From Antedon mediterranea (lineage: Eukaryota; Animalia; Echinodermata), in the NCBI RefSeq assembly GCF_964355755.1, contig NC_092674.1:14384001-14448000 (forward strand): a DNA stretch of 64,000 bases, in the 5' to 3' direction. Shown piece after piece: positions 25,843 to 38,221 of this stretch. The translations under genes were made by a program, and so were the position numbers. Position 1 is the first letter of the stretch. Every line of letters starts with the position of its first letter. The notes beneath the pieces were generated by a model. The model ran no database searches. It had not been told where the DNA came from and saw only the letters and a list, made by a program, of their open reading frames with translations.

Positions 25843-26283
25843 ATTTTGTTGATAAGTCAGTCTGTGGAGCACATGCCAAGGAAGTTAATAATTATTCTTT
25901 TCTTTTAGTTTTAAACTTTTTTAATTTATAATTCGCATTAAATTATAGTACGAAGGAAGACAAATTAAATACACCACTTTTTAACAAGATGATTTGAGCA
26001 AAGGCAAAATCAAAAAAATAATTCTTAAATTATCAATATATCGGGGAATAAACCCTGACTAATCGTTTTAAAACTGGTGTTTTAACATGTGTGTGGTTAG
26101 GCCTACATTACAAAATTATAGTGGGAACCGAATACATTTTCCTCGCAACAGCGATGATTCAACTACAGTAATTGTTGTAAATAGGGGTTGGGGGTGGAGG
26201 GTGCGAAATTGATAGATTAGTTTTGTGCACTTGGCATGCTTTCTTCCCTGTTCTTCTAATTCATTTATTCGTTTTAAAAATAA
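25843..26283. repeat. Second copy of duplicated segment Z
   Basis: Collinear with 8821-9213. Confidence 0.9.
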
Positions 26284-26549
26284 AAAAAAAATGTTTTGTT
26301 TAGTTCAAGCCAGTTTTACCATTGGAATCTTACCTTTTTATGTATATCTCAATTACAATAATGTTATATATTTTATTGTTTACAAAATTGCTTCAATCGG
26401 GTTAAATTTTATATTGAATTGGCGAGTTATGAATATTTGCATATCATATTATTTTTATGGTAAATAAACACTTTAGTTTGCGGATATAGAAGTATATACA
26501 ATTTCCAGATTTATTAATAGGTAAAATTAAAATATACTTTATTACTTAC

Positions 26550-26648
26550 CTTAGCTTGTAGATTAACGTCAGCACCCGACTCAATCAAGTTCTGGCAAAC
26601 ACTGACATTTTTGTAATAAGCCCCCCAAAACAATGCCGTTTGGCCATG
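26550..26648 (-). CDS. Ankyrin-repeat exon (99 bp, phase 0): HGQTALFWGAYYKNVSVCQNLIESGADVNLQAK
   Basis: Manual translation; ttttcaatag acceptor, gtaagt donor; ankyrin consensus. Confidence 0.93.
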
Positions 26649-27874
26649 CTATTGAAAATAAAAAAACAAAATAACTGCAACAATTATCCTTTTCAAACAC
26701 CAATTATTGAAGATTAATCGTGTTCAATTCAATGTTTTGTACAATTTTATCATCACTAGAGCACAATTGTTTTTTAAATAATCATTATTAATGACTAATT
26801 TTACTATGTGTTTTTTTTAAATGGAATATTATTTTGTGTGTGATAGACACATTTGTTTTGTTTTTGGATCTATATTATTTGCTCTGAAGTCAATACATAA
26901 GTTTGAATTCATTTGTCATTTTATTTTAAGAAAGGTGAGCATAATAAAATATTAATAAATAATAATTGGGGATAGACTAGGCAGGTAATTTAACTGCTTA
27001 AAATTCAAACGTTAAAACTGAATTGTTGTCCAAAAATTATAATATGCCATTTTATAGCGTTGTTTCAGTTAAACACTTCCCTGGGAAAAAGAAGCATATT
27101 TCACTTACAAAAAGACAACATAACAGTTAGGCAACATTCAATAAAAAATCCATTGGTTGTCAGTCGATTTGACTACTTTTTTCTTTAAATATTACGGTTT
27201 TTCAGGTAAATGATAATTTGATTTGGTCAAGTTATTGACCAAATTAACTAAATATTAGGTGACATTAAAATGCCATATAAAAAAAAAGTTAATTTTAAAT
27301 AATAAATTTAATTGATGAGATTGTTTAGTCTGTGAGTAATTTATAATTGGCAAAATATATGTATATGTAGATTCTTACTTTATGTAAATGTATGTGGTAC
27401 TGTACCGGTACATATTTGTTACCACATAAAGAAGTTGAAACACAATACTATAAGGATGCTTAGTCATGTGTATCTCTTGTTACGGGCTCGCTCGTTAGGC
27501 TGAAACCAACAATAAGAACATAACAAAACACGTTGTAGTTGTCGTCCATCTTTATTCATCCCCTCTCTTTTACTCTAGAGGGCTCACTTCCGTGTGACAA
27601 ACCCATCACACACCCCCACTTAAAGAAAGTTTGATATGATTAAACTTATAACTGTTTACTATAACATCTTAAATCTTTTCTTATACAGTAGTTATTTTAA
27701 CAGGTCGTTGATATGAATTTACTTCAACTGCTTCTTTAAAATTTCACAAGTTCTAATTACTTTAAATCCGTGTATGCCATTAATGCATCACTCTATCACA
27801 ACTAACATATTATAATTAACTAAACACTTTAAAAATCAACAAAACTTTTAAAATCATTTCATGTATGTTTTATC

Positions 27875-30800
27875 TAAACTCTTGACAAAGCGTCAGCTAC
27901 AACATTGTCTTGGATCCAAGATACACTTCAAAGTGCTTTAACGCTGACATCAAAGCTAATGTCTCCTTCTCAACAGTAGAATAACGTTTCTCATGCTGGT
28001 TGAATTTTCTTGAGTAGAAACACACAGGCTTGTCAACACCATTCTCGTCTGTTTGCGCCAACACAGCACCAGAACCAACATCACTGGCATCAATCATCAA
28101 CGAGAACTGTTTATCAAATTGTGGAGCCATCAACACCGGTTCGTTTGATAACATCGCTTTAACTTTAATGAACGCATTATTGCATTCCTCCAACCACACA
28201 AAGCTCGCATTCTTTTTCAGCAGATTCGTTAATGGAGCTACAAGCGTTGAGAAACTTCTGCAAAAACGTCGATAAAACCCAGCCATTCCCAGGAACCGCA
28301 TTAACTCCTGCTTACTCTTTGGAACTGAGAAATCACAGACTGCCTTAATCTTAGCACTTAATGGTTTCACTTTTCCGCAACCAACTTTATGACCTAAGAA
28401 CACAATTTCTGCACAGGAAAACTCGCTTTTCACCAAATTTACTGTCAACTTTGCAGCTGTCAACCTGTCAAACAATGCCTTAATTCTCTGCACATGAACA
28501 TCCCATGTATCACTATAAACAACCAAATCGTCTATATAAGCTTCACAGCCCTCCAACCCTGAAATTATACCATTAACCAATCTCTGGAACGTGGCTGGTG
28601 CATTCTTTAAACCGAAAGGCATGACCTTATACTGATAAAGACCCATAGGAGTAACAAAAGCTGACACTTCTTTTGCACGCTCTGTTAAAGGAATTTGCCA
28701 GTAACCCTTTAGAAGATCAAATTTACTGACAAACTTAGCACTACCCACACGATCAATACAGTCGTCTATCCTCGGTATGGGATATGAATCTGTAGTAGAT
28801 TTAGCATTAACCTTCCGATAATCAGTACAAAAACGATACGATTTATCTGGCTTTGGAACTAATATACATGGAGAACTCCAAGCACTGCAACTAGGCTCGA
28901 TTATATCATTCTTAATCATGTAATCAATCTCATTTTGTAATATCTTCATCTTGAACGGATTTGCTCTATATGGATTTTGTTTTATTGGTGAACAATCAGC
29001 TGTCTTAACGTCATGCTCCACTAAGTTTGTTCGACCTGGAACATCCGAAAACAACTGCAGATTTCCAAATATCAAACTAACAAATTCAACCTTACGATCA
29101 CGAGATAAATGACCAACTTTGTCTTCAATGTTTGCAAGGACATCTGAATTACTGAACTTAACACATGTATCAGGATCCCCAAACTCTTCAGAATTCTCTT
29201 CAACAACACACGTAACTGGTGTTGACGTACAGGTATCAGTATTATTTCTCGCTGTGTATGGTTTCAACATGTTTATATGACACAGTCGCTTCTTCTTACG
29301 CCTATCTGGAGTATCTAACACATAGTCAACTTCTCCTACTCTTTCTAATACTTTGTAAGGACTAGCAAATCTTGCAGATAATGGTTGACTGGGAAGAGGC
29401 AACATAACTAAAACTTCATCACCTAAGTGTTTGATGAAATCTCTCAAGTGCCCCTTGAGACTGTGGATGGTAAGCACTTGAACTTATATGGGCAACACCT
29501 AACTGCTCTAAGACTTGTTTAAATATCTTTGACATGAAGTTTGATCCTTGATCGGACTGAACAGCTTTAGGCAATCCTACCCATGTAAAGAATTTTACCA
29601 ATGCTTTAACAACATTCTTAGCTGTAATACGCCTAAGAGGAATCGCTTCTGGAAACCTACTTGATGCACACATTATTGTTAATAGATACTCATTTCCATT
29701 TTTAGTACGTGGTAATGGACCCACACAATCAACAATAACCCTTGAAAATGGTTCACCGAATGCAGGAATAGGCTTAAGTGGGGCTACTGGAACCTTTTGA
29801 TTAGGCTTCCCCACTACCTGACACGCATGACAGGATTTACAATAGTTAGACACATCTTTTCTAAGACCTGACCAAAAGAAATGCCTGAGAATTTTGTCTA
29901 CCGTTTTATTGACACCTAAATGCCCTGAAAGAGGATCATCATGCGCAATACCAATAATATCCTGACGGTATCCACTAGGAATAACTATCTGGTGAATCTC
30001 ATTCCAAACATCACTACTTGGAATATCTGGTGGCCTCCACTTACGCATAAGTATGCCATCCTTTATATAATAACAAACAGGAACAATAGACATTTCCTCT
30101 ACAGAAAGAGCTTTCTGACCAAATGACACCAAATCAGGATCTTTACTCTGCTCTTCCACTAACCTGGACCGATTGAGAACTGTCGGACCGAAATCACACA
30201 CTTTTGGGTGCTGTTGTTCAGCCTGGGCAGTGTGTGACTCGGGACCTGAGCTGACAGCCTCTTGGGAAACGCGATCCGTAATGTCTCCGTAAAAATATCA
30301 CATAAGTCAATACTCTCATCCTCATCTATGGTTATATTTGCCATAGATCGCGTCACCGCACATGATGGAAACACATGTGATAATTCTTTCTCTAAACACA
30401 CCGTGCTTTCGTCTTCAACAGGACTCTTGCACACAACCGGTTCTACTGTCACTCTGTCTCCGGCCAAATCATTCCCCAAAAGGAGTGTGACACCCCATAC
30501 TGGAAGACTCGGAACGACACCGACAACAAAATCTCCGCTAACAATATCTGTTTCAATCCGAATTACATGAAGTGGGACTTCCTTATAACCCCTTCAACAC
30601 CTTGAATGAGCACACTTGCTCCAGCAGAAGACTCGTTTGAAAATGACAATGCCGATTCTATTATCAGGGATTGTGACGCCCCTGTGTCTCTTAAGACACG
30701 AACTTTACTCAGATTCACATCGTTGATCAATGCTACAGAACCAGAAGAGAGGAAAGGCTTAAATAGCTTTCGCACTTTTTCCGGACCTGAAGATTGGATC

Positions 30801-30950
30801 AACTTCTCACATTCATCAACGTCATGACTCGCTGTCACTTTCAACGGGACTGTATTTACTAACGTGTTTGGAAGTGATTGGGGTTTCTTATTATCCCCTT
30901 TAGATTTGCTTTGAAACAGCCAGCAATCTGCCTTTATATGACCCTTTTTC
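27875..30950 (-). pseudogene. pol: Fragmented PR-IN-RT-RH of copy 2
   Basis: ORFs 30563-31054, 30159-30479, 29419-30201 and 27897-29477 match copy 1; two 1-bp frameshifts and deletions of ~335 bp and ~139 bp. Confidence 0.93.
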
Positions 30951-31925
30951 AAATTTACTACTACTATTAACTGTAGTTTTCTGACTTTGGACCTTAGAAT
31001 CATCAACAGATTTGGAAACCGATTTGGTATCCACCACCTTGTGCGTGAGCACATAATTATCGGCCACAGAAGCCGCTTTCATTAAATTATCAACTTTCTG
31101 CTCCTCTAGATGTGTTCGAACTTCAGTAGGGGAACAAGATTTAAACTCCTCAACTAACATAAGCTCACGAAGCTTTCCAAATTCAGCCTTTACTCCTTCC
31201 GAACTACACCATCTATCAAAAAGAATCTGCTTCTTACGTGCAAATTCTGTAAACGTTTGATCATAAGGTTTACCTAAGTTCCTAAATTTCTGACGATACG
31301 CCTCTGGAACTAACTCATAAGCTGACAAAACAGCAGTTTTAACCGCATCATAGCTTTCACATTGATCATCAGTCAATGCAGAAAATACCTCTTGGGCTTT
31401 ACCCACAAGAGCAGTTTGTAACAACACAGTCCAGTGTCTAGCAGGCCACTTTAATCTATTAGCAATTTTCTCAAAAGCTAAAGAATATGTCTCTACCTCG
31501 TCCTCATTAAACTTGGGAACCCATTTAATATTCTGAGTAATCTCTGAATCATTAGGTGTAGAAACCCGTGTGGTGTGACCCATTTGGTTAGCTAATTCTA
31601 ATTTCCTTAACTCAAATTCATGTTTTTGTTTTTCCATTTCTCTTTGAGTTTGCATCTCTATTTTTCTTCTTTCAAAAATCAATTTTTCACGTTCCAACTC
31701 AATTCTAGCCAACTCGACCTCATTCCCCGCAGTTTTTACGGATTCATGAGTAATTAAACCAACATGATTTCCAATCACATTTATCAAGTCATATTTATTC
31801 ATGGAATCATTTATAGATGCTCCAACCCTAGTACCTAGGAGTCGCAAATGCTCCTCTGATAGCTGACCTACCACCTCAATGGACATGCTATCCAAAAATT
31901 CCTCGTCAAAATCACTTTCTGACAT
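30900..31925 (-). CDS. gag: Gag of copy 2, 341 aa, truncated at the zinc knuckle
   Basis: Open from MSESDFDEEF; a 23-bp deletion removes CFYC and shifts the frame. Confidence 0.88.
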   Translation of the reverse strand: MSESDFDEEFLDSMSIEVVGQLSEEHLRLLGTRVGASINDSMNKYDLINVIGNHVGLITHESVKTAGNEVELARIELEREKLIFERRKIEMQTQREMEKQKHEFELRKLELANQMGHTTRVSTPNDSEITQNIKWVPKFNEDEVETYSLAFEKIANRLKWPARHWTVLLQTALVGKAQEVFSALTDDQCESYDAVKTAVLSAYELVPEAYRQKFRNLGKPYDQTFTEFARKKQILFDRWCSSEGVKAEFGKLRELMLVEEFKSCSPTEVRTHLEEQKVDNLMKAASVADNYVLTHKVVDTKSVSKSVDDSKVQSQKTTVNSSSKFEKGSYKGRLLAVSKQI

Positions 31926-34000
31926 AGTTTCTATTCGAAACAAACAAACAAAAACACAGGTTAAAATAACCAATATGACGATAATTAAGGCACCAGTAAT
32001 GAAATACCTGCCAAGCCCACACAATATTAAGCCTACCGTGCGCCGTGGTCTCAATAACTAGACCCCTAAAATCAAAGCCAAACAGACTTCTAGTATCATA
32101 GGCAAGCCTACACAAGCCTAAAACAACAACACAGTGTACTACTGGCTCGACGACCGCCAAACCTCGTTCGTTATAAAACGCCTCTAAACCTAAAACCAGT
32201 TTAGAATAAGTAACTAAAATTACCATCAGTTCGATCTACAACTACAATTCCGTACTTTGTTCTCGGATGACCCCCCAATTTGTTACGGGCTCGCTCGTTA
32301 GGCTGAAACCAACAATAAGAACATAACAAAACACGTTGTAGTTGTCGTCCATCTTTATTCATCCCCTCTCTTTTACTCTAGAGGGCTCACTTCCGTGTGA
32401 CAAACCCATCACACTCTGTTTACAATGATTGTTTTCAAATGCTAAAGTATTGAGAACAATCGTAATGTTAATGCAAACAAATAATTATTGTAAAAAAATA
32501 TCATTTGAATTGCCAGGTTATTCGTTTATTCAAAGGATGTCAATATTCCAATTATTATTTCATTATGTTTAATCATTTTGTTTTCTTATAGCGTTTTCTT
32601 TTTATTAATACATTATATACATAATTATAAATTTTCAAGGCATCTCCTGCCATCGGAAGCGCTGGACTGTTGTGTAACTTTGATTTTTCCATCTCAGTTG
32701 ATGGACACTTGACATACATTTTCTATTTACAGTGTAAAGACAATACGAGATATATTTTAGCATGCATGCTACAGAAACGTGAGCCCATGTATGGAACGTC
32801 AAGTTTAGTTTTATACACCTAGATTGTAAAGCTGTCCAGCTGATTTTTTCTTTGAAGGTACAGTATTCCTTGAATGCAATAAAGTCAGATCAGTTCGTAA
32901 ATCGAATTGAAAAAAGATAGATGTGAAAGAAATATGTGATACTATGGTATACTGTGTGTTTAGTTACTGATTTTTATAGCACCCATTGTTATACTGTAGA
33001 TTTCTCCCTATTGTATGAAGTATTTGCAGCATAGCACATGAAGTCCCTGAATCATTGAATGTAGTAGACAATAAAAGCAAGGGAATTATCAATCAAGCAT
33101 CGTATCCAGTTCCACAAACAAGCATGCTGCAAACGACAGATCCAAGTCACAGTTTAACTTTATTAAGCAGTTTACTTTATTAAAAAATTATATATTAGCT
33201 AAGCTATTTTTATAATGTTAATATCGTACCATAAATACGTAGGCTATTTGTTTCAAGTATGTATCATCAATTTATTTAAACCTGGATTACATTTGGAGGT
33301 TCATCCGGGAGATTTATTTTAATATACAAATAATTTTGATTTCTCATTGATTTTGTTTGGCTTGTTTATATGTTTATGTTTATTGTTATACAGTAAGCGT
33401 TCTTGTAATGTGTGCATGTGGCAAATGGTTTAGTTTAAATTCGTGTTTTTTCACTATTGCTGAAATCATGTCAGTTCTTTTTTTCTCTAATATTTACAGA
33501 ACGATAAATAATGAACCTTGTAATTGTTCATGATTTATTTAAATTTGTAATTTGAAAATTAATCCATTTATTATATAGATTGCTGGAATTTTTATTTGAA
33601 ATGTTGAATATTACATATATTATATATTTTATTTGATTGATCACTTAATTTTTGAATAACAATTCCATTTCAATTCCAAACAATACTTGGAAGAAAACGA
33701 AAAATCATACTAAAATGTTATGTTCCCATTTAGTATATTTATTATTATTTGTATTACTATTTGTGTTTTTGTTATTTTCCTCCCTATCTACATCATTATT
33801 TGCATTAATATTTCAGTATTTGTATTTTGTCTCCTTTTGTAGGGAAGCCCACTTTTATTGCACATATGAGAAACAATGATATTACACAGACTGAGGTCAA
33901 TATGTTAATACAGATAATAATAATGTTGGTATTGTGTTAACAAATATTTGTTTTATATTATTTACATAGAAAATAAATCATAATTGATTTGTAGGCCTAC

Positions 34001-34081
34001 CTTGTCCTGAATGTTTACGCTCTTTGTATTTATAATATGGGTACATATACCAATCTCACTAGTCTTTGCACTTTCCGGAAT
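34001..34081 (-). CDS. Exon leading into the ankyrin array (81 bp, phase 0): IPESAKTSEIGICTHIINTKSVNIQDK
   Basis: ttttatag acceptor, AAG|gtaggc donor; ends in the ankyrin linker VNIQDK, in phase with the next exon. Confidence 0.75.
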
Positions 34082-35134
34082 CTATAAAATGTGAACCGAT
34101 AATGTTATTAATATAAATCCAACTGTTTATGTAATTTAATGACATACATTGATATTATTGCTAAACACAAGATCAGAATATTCTATTTTATAAATCGTTG
34201 ATCATGGCGATGACGATGATGATAATTTGTTTTTTTTTTTTTTTTTTTTTTATTTCATCATATAATACATTACAAAGGAAAAACATAATCAAATAAAAAA
34301 TTAAAATAAAAAGCAACAAACAAAAACAACAAAGATATCTATCTAACAAATTAAATAAAGGTTCATAACAATTATTCTACTCTCTAACCATTTCATATTT
34401 GTTTTATAAATTCTTCTAATTTTATCCATTTTCTATTAGAAATACTGTCCTCAAAATTCTGATGATAAATAAATTTTTCTGTTTCATAAAACCTTTTTAA
34501 CTCGTTCATAACCATTTTGATAGTTGGCTTACATTTAACTAGTTTACATTTATAAATAAATGATTTTACAATTAGAATAATTGCATTAATGGCTTTTAAA
34601 TTAAAAAACTGAAGCGCATCTTGGTATCCGAAAATTATACTCTCTTTACTAAAAATAAATTGCACTCCAGTTTTTTCTAAAATTTTTTCCTGGAGGAGGT
34701 TCCATATCCTTTTTACTATTGGACAATTACAGAACAAATGCTGAATGGTTTCAATTTTACCATCTCCAAATGAGCACATTGAAGTTTCTTTTATATTCAT
34801 TTTAAATAATTGTTCATTTGTTGCAATTATTCTATTTACAATTTTATATTGAAAATATATTAAAGCAAATATTCATTGTACACGTATGTGGACCTAGGTA
34901 GATTGTTTTCCATTGTTCGTTATTGAATACAAATTTATTTTCTGCCCATTTCTTTTGTGCTTTCCATGATTTAAACATTGAGTTATTTAAAACATCATAA
35001 AAAATACGACATCCCTTTCTTTGTTGAAAGAGTACTTTTATATGAAATGGAATATCTGGCAAAACTGTTTTTTTAATTTCACATATCATTAAATTGTTAA
35101 ATTTTTCCCTAAGAAGCCTTTTTAATCCTATTAA

Positions 35135-36402
35135 TCTATATATAAATTTACGTAAGGGCAAAATTTGATAAATCGTGCGTTATTTCTAGAATTTTTACTC
35201 GATGGTATATAAAGTTGGTTCGTACTTTCGGTACTAATTGTAACCACCTGATGTAACCCTGTTTACTAATTAAATTGAGTTCGATAATTAGTTATTGACG
35301 ATTAAAACGAATTTAGGTTCAACGATTTGCCCCAAATAGGGGTGTTTTCCGATCGTGGTATACACTGTCTAATGGATGTCAATTTGAAAAATACCCGCAC
35401 ACAATAATACGAGGACGCTTCGCATTTTCCTATCTCCTCCTACAATAATTGGTTTAATAGCTGAAAACCGGTTGAACAGTTCGAGTACAGCATCATAATG
35501 TTGAAGACAGGCCGATTTTCTTTAAAAAATGCTATTTTGATACATGTAATATACGTTTTTACAAATGTATTGATTTGTGATGAATGGAACATTCCAAATT
35601 ATTTGGTTTAACCATAGAGGTATAGATTTAGATTTATGGGCCCCCTTGGAGAATAAACATAAATAGTATTGCAATGCTGTACAATACTGTTAAGGTATTA
35701 ACCACTTTTGATCGCAATTTGAATCGCAAATTTCTTACTGTGAGTGTTGGTACTGTTAGATATAATATAAACAAATATACAAATAAACTTTACTACTGTG
35801 AGTGTGGGTAGGCCCTACTGTTATAAACATATAATATACAAATAAATAAACGTAATTACTGACAGTTGCTTCTCAACGTTTGTATTAATTAATAATTTAA
35901 AAATATATAAACGTACGTAGTGGTGTATCGTTACATGTACTTTACTATTTCAATCGACTATGACAGTGAGAGTTTTAACAAAGTATTAAATCGTAAATGT
36001 TTTACTGTATTTATTGGTATATTATTTATAGGCCTATAAAACAATATTTCGTTACTGAGTGGATAAGAATATATTTTAAAATGTTTCCTCTTTGTACCTA
36101 TCTTCTTCCCCCATCCCTCAACCCTTAATGTTACATACAAAACACAAATTGGGTTTGTTTAATAATGAGTCCAAATAAAAAATTTGACTCATTTTGTTTC
36201 TCTCTCGGAAGTAATTCCCAGGGTGCTAATTTTAGCTGACTACATAAATCATCGTGTATATTTATTCGTTTCTGTAAACGACAATGTATTATAGTCCTGC
36301 AGTACGTACATTTGAAATCTCCATTTTTTTCTCGCTGGAAAATACTGTGTATTCGAGAACCATCTGTGGGCACGACCTAGATGGTACGCGAGCGAAGCGT
36401 AG
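35135..36402 (+). mobile_element. Non-autonomous Helitron inserted in the LINE
   Basis: a|TCtatatataaa 5' end; partial 3' hairpin ctagatggtacgcgagcgaagcg; homologous to 53216-53835, which ends hairpin-CTAG|T. Confidence 0.75.
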
Positions 36403-37980
36403 GTATCTTCGACTTCTTTTTTATTCATAAATTGCCCATTGCTGTTGAACAAATCATTAACAAACAAAATACCTGCTTTTTCCCAATTTCCATATCTTAT
36501 ACATTCGTTGCCTATTCTTATTACTTCATTATTCCAAATTTGCATTCGTAATAGCTCGTCAACAGACTTTGGATAATGAATAGAAATAAAATTACTCCAT
36601 GCATCTATTACCTCTTTCCAGAAGAGAATTTTAACATTATCTCTAATGCTGGACAGACGTTTACAATTCGTTTCAAGTTGCATAGAGTTAGACAAATTTG
36701 TTATGTACTTAAATAGCTTAAATATTGGGTTTTCTTCGGATTTATTGTTGAAAATTCTACGCAACCAAGTTATTTTTAATGACATAAAAAAAAAGTTTAA
36801 ATCTACCATTCTTAATCCACCATGTAAGTAATCACTTTTCATCTGATGCCGGTTTATTTTATCAGGTTTGTTTTGCCAAAAAAAACGAAAAAATAAATTA
36901 TTAAGACGTACTACGTATTCATTTGATGGGTTCGGTAAGGACATGATCATATGAATGAGTTTTGGTAACAAGAGTGATTTAATAATAGTTATTTTACCAA
37001 TTACTGTCAAGTTTCTTTTAGACCATTGGTTTATCATACGCTCTATCGTTAAAAACACTCTTTCATAGCTTACATTAATCATTTGAACTGCATCTAATGA
37101 AAAGTCAATACCTAAAATTGAAAATATGGCATTGCCTATCCAGTTTATCTTTTTTCTTGTTTTTAACCTTACATTGCTACTTCTCTTACTACCTATGCAT
37201 ACAACTTTTGTTTTTTCTTCATTTATTCTTAAACCGGAAATACTCTTGTATGTATCCAGTGTATCGAGTGTTGCATGCAGTGATGCTTCAGACCCATCAA
37301 GTATAATGGTAGTGTCGTCTGCATATTGAGATATTGTATATTCCTCATCTCTAATTTTAACTCCCTTAATTAGTTTGTTTTGCTTTATTAAATTATTCAA
37401 TATTTCTGCACAAATTATAAAAATATATGGAGAAAGAGGGTCTCCTTGTCTACAGCCTCTTTCAATTTTAAAACGATTTGACATAGCACCGTTAACATTA
37501 ACTGAGGAATACATTTCCGAATAAAAAATTGTAATCCACCTTCTAATAGACTCGCCAAAGTTAAACATTTCCATGGCTCTATCAATGAATATATGTGAAA
37601 CAGAGTCGAAGGCTTTTTCGAAGTCAATTAATAATAGCATACCGGGAATCTTTAACTGTTCACTAAGACATATAATGTCATTCATTAGTCTAATATTTTC
37701 GCCAATAAATCTATCTGGCATAAAACCGTTTTGCTCTCTACTTATAATATGACTTAATACATTCTTTATTCGATTAGCTATACACCCAGACGCTAACTTA
37801 TAGGTGATGCTTAATAGTGATATAGGTCGCCAATTTTTTAGAAGGTCCCTTGGTTTATTCGGTTTAGGTATAAGCGTTATGATTCCAATTTGTTGAGATT
37901 GAGATAGTTTTCCGTTCTTATACACCCAATCGAGCATTCTAACTAAATAACCACTAATATTAATCCAGAAAAATTTAAAG
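36400..37980 (-). pseudogene. LINE ORF2 reverse transcriptase (continues at 34393-35134)
   Basis: KNWRPISLL, IDFEKAFDSV, GCRQGDPLSPY and QYADD motifs. Confidence 0.95.
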
Positions 37981-38170
37981 AATGATGATAATGATTAAAT
38001 TGAATAAATTGTGAAAACTAACAAAAAAAGTTGTTGTTGAAGCTAATTCAATAAGTAAATATAATATGCTGTACAAAGATGGAAGGTACTACTCTTTTTA
38101 CGTTTCAACATAATCAAGGTAAAATACTAATATGAGTTTTGTCAGTAGTTGCATTAGTAAAATCACCTAC

Positions 38171-38221
38171 CTTCAGGCTATTGACAGCACATAGTTCTAT
38201 AAGATGTGTTTTAAGATCCAT
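38171..38221 (-). CDS. Putative first coding exon of the ankyrin gene: MDLKTHLIELCAVNSLK
   Basis: AAG|gtaggt phase-0 donor; ttttgctacag acceptor at 38246; caaATGG start context; no homology support. Confidence 0.4.

Larger units (their letters stand above)
27478..32413 (-). mobile_element. Gmr1-like LTR retrotransposon, copy 2 (deleted and frameshifted)
   Basis: Identical 133-bp LTRs at 27478-27610 and 32281-32413; 4-bp TSD CTCT; PPT aagtgggggtg; same proteins as copy 1. Confidence 0.97.
34227..37981 (-). mobile_element. 5'-truncated Tx1/L1-clade LINE
   Basis: Poly(A) tail (T-run at ~34227-34251); 11-bp TSD atgatgataat (34216-34226, 37982-37992); RT ORF and C-terminal ETIQHLFCNC zinc-binding region. 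Confidence 0.93.

Noticed and set aside
21310-30827. Paired small ORFs (73, 61 and 81 aa) present twice on opposite strands
   Set aside because: Antisense shadows of gag-pol, duplicated only because the element is duplicated.
17655-32413. Single giant inverted duplication or assembly artefact
   Set aside because: Each copy has its own TSD, its own LTR variants and its own lesions, indicating independent insertions.
36249-36399. Novel C-terminal domain on the 562-aa RT ORF
   Set aside because: Read-through into the inserted Helitron; the true C-terminus resumes at ~35134.
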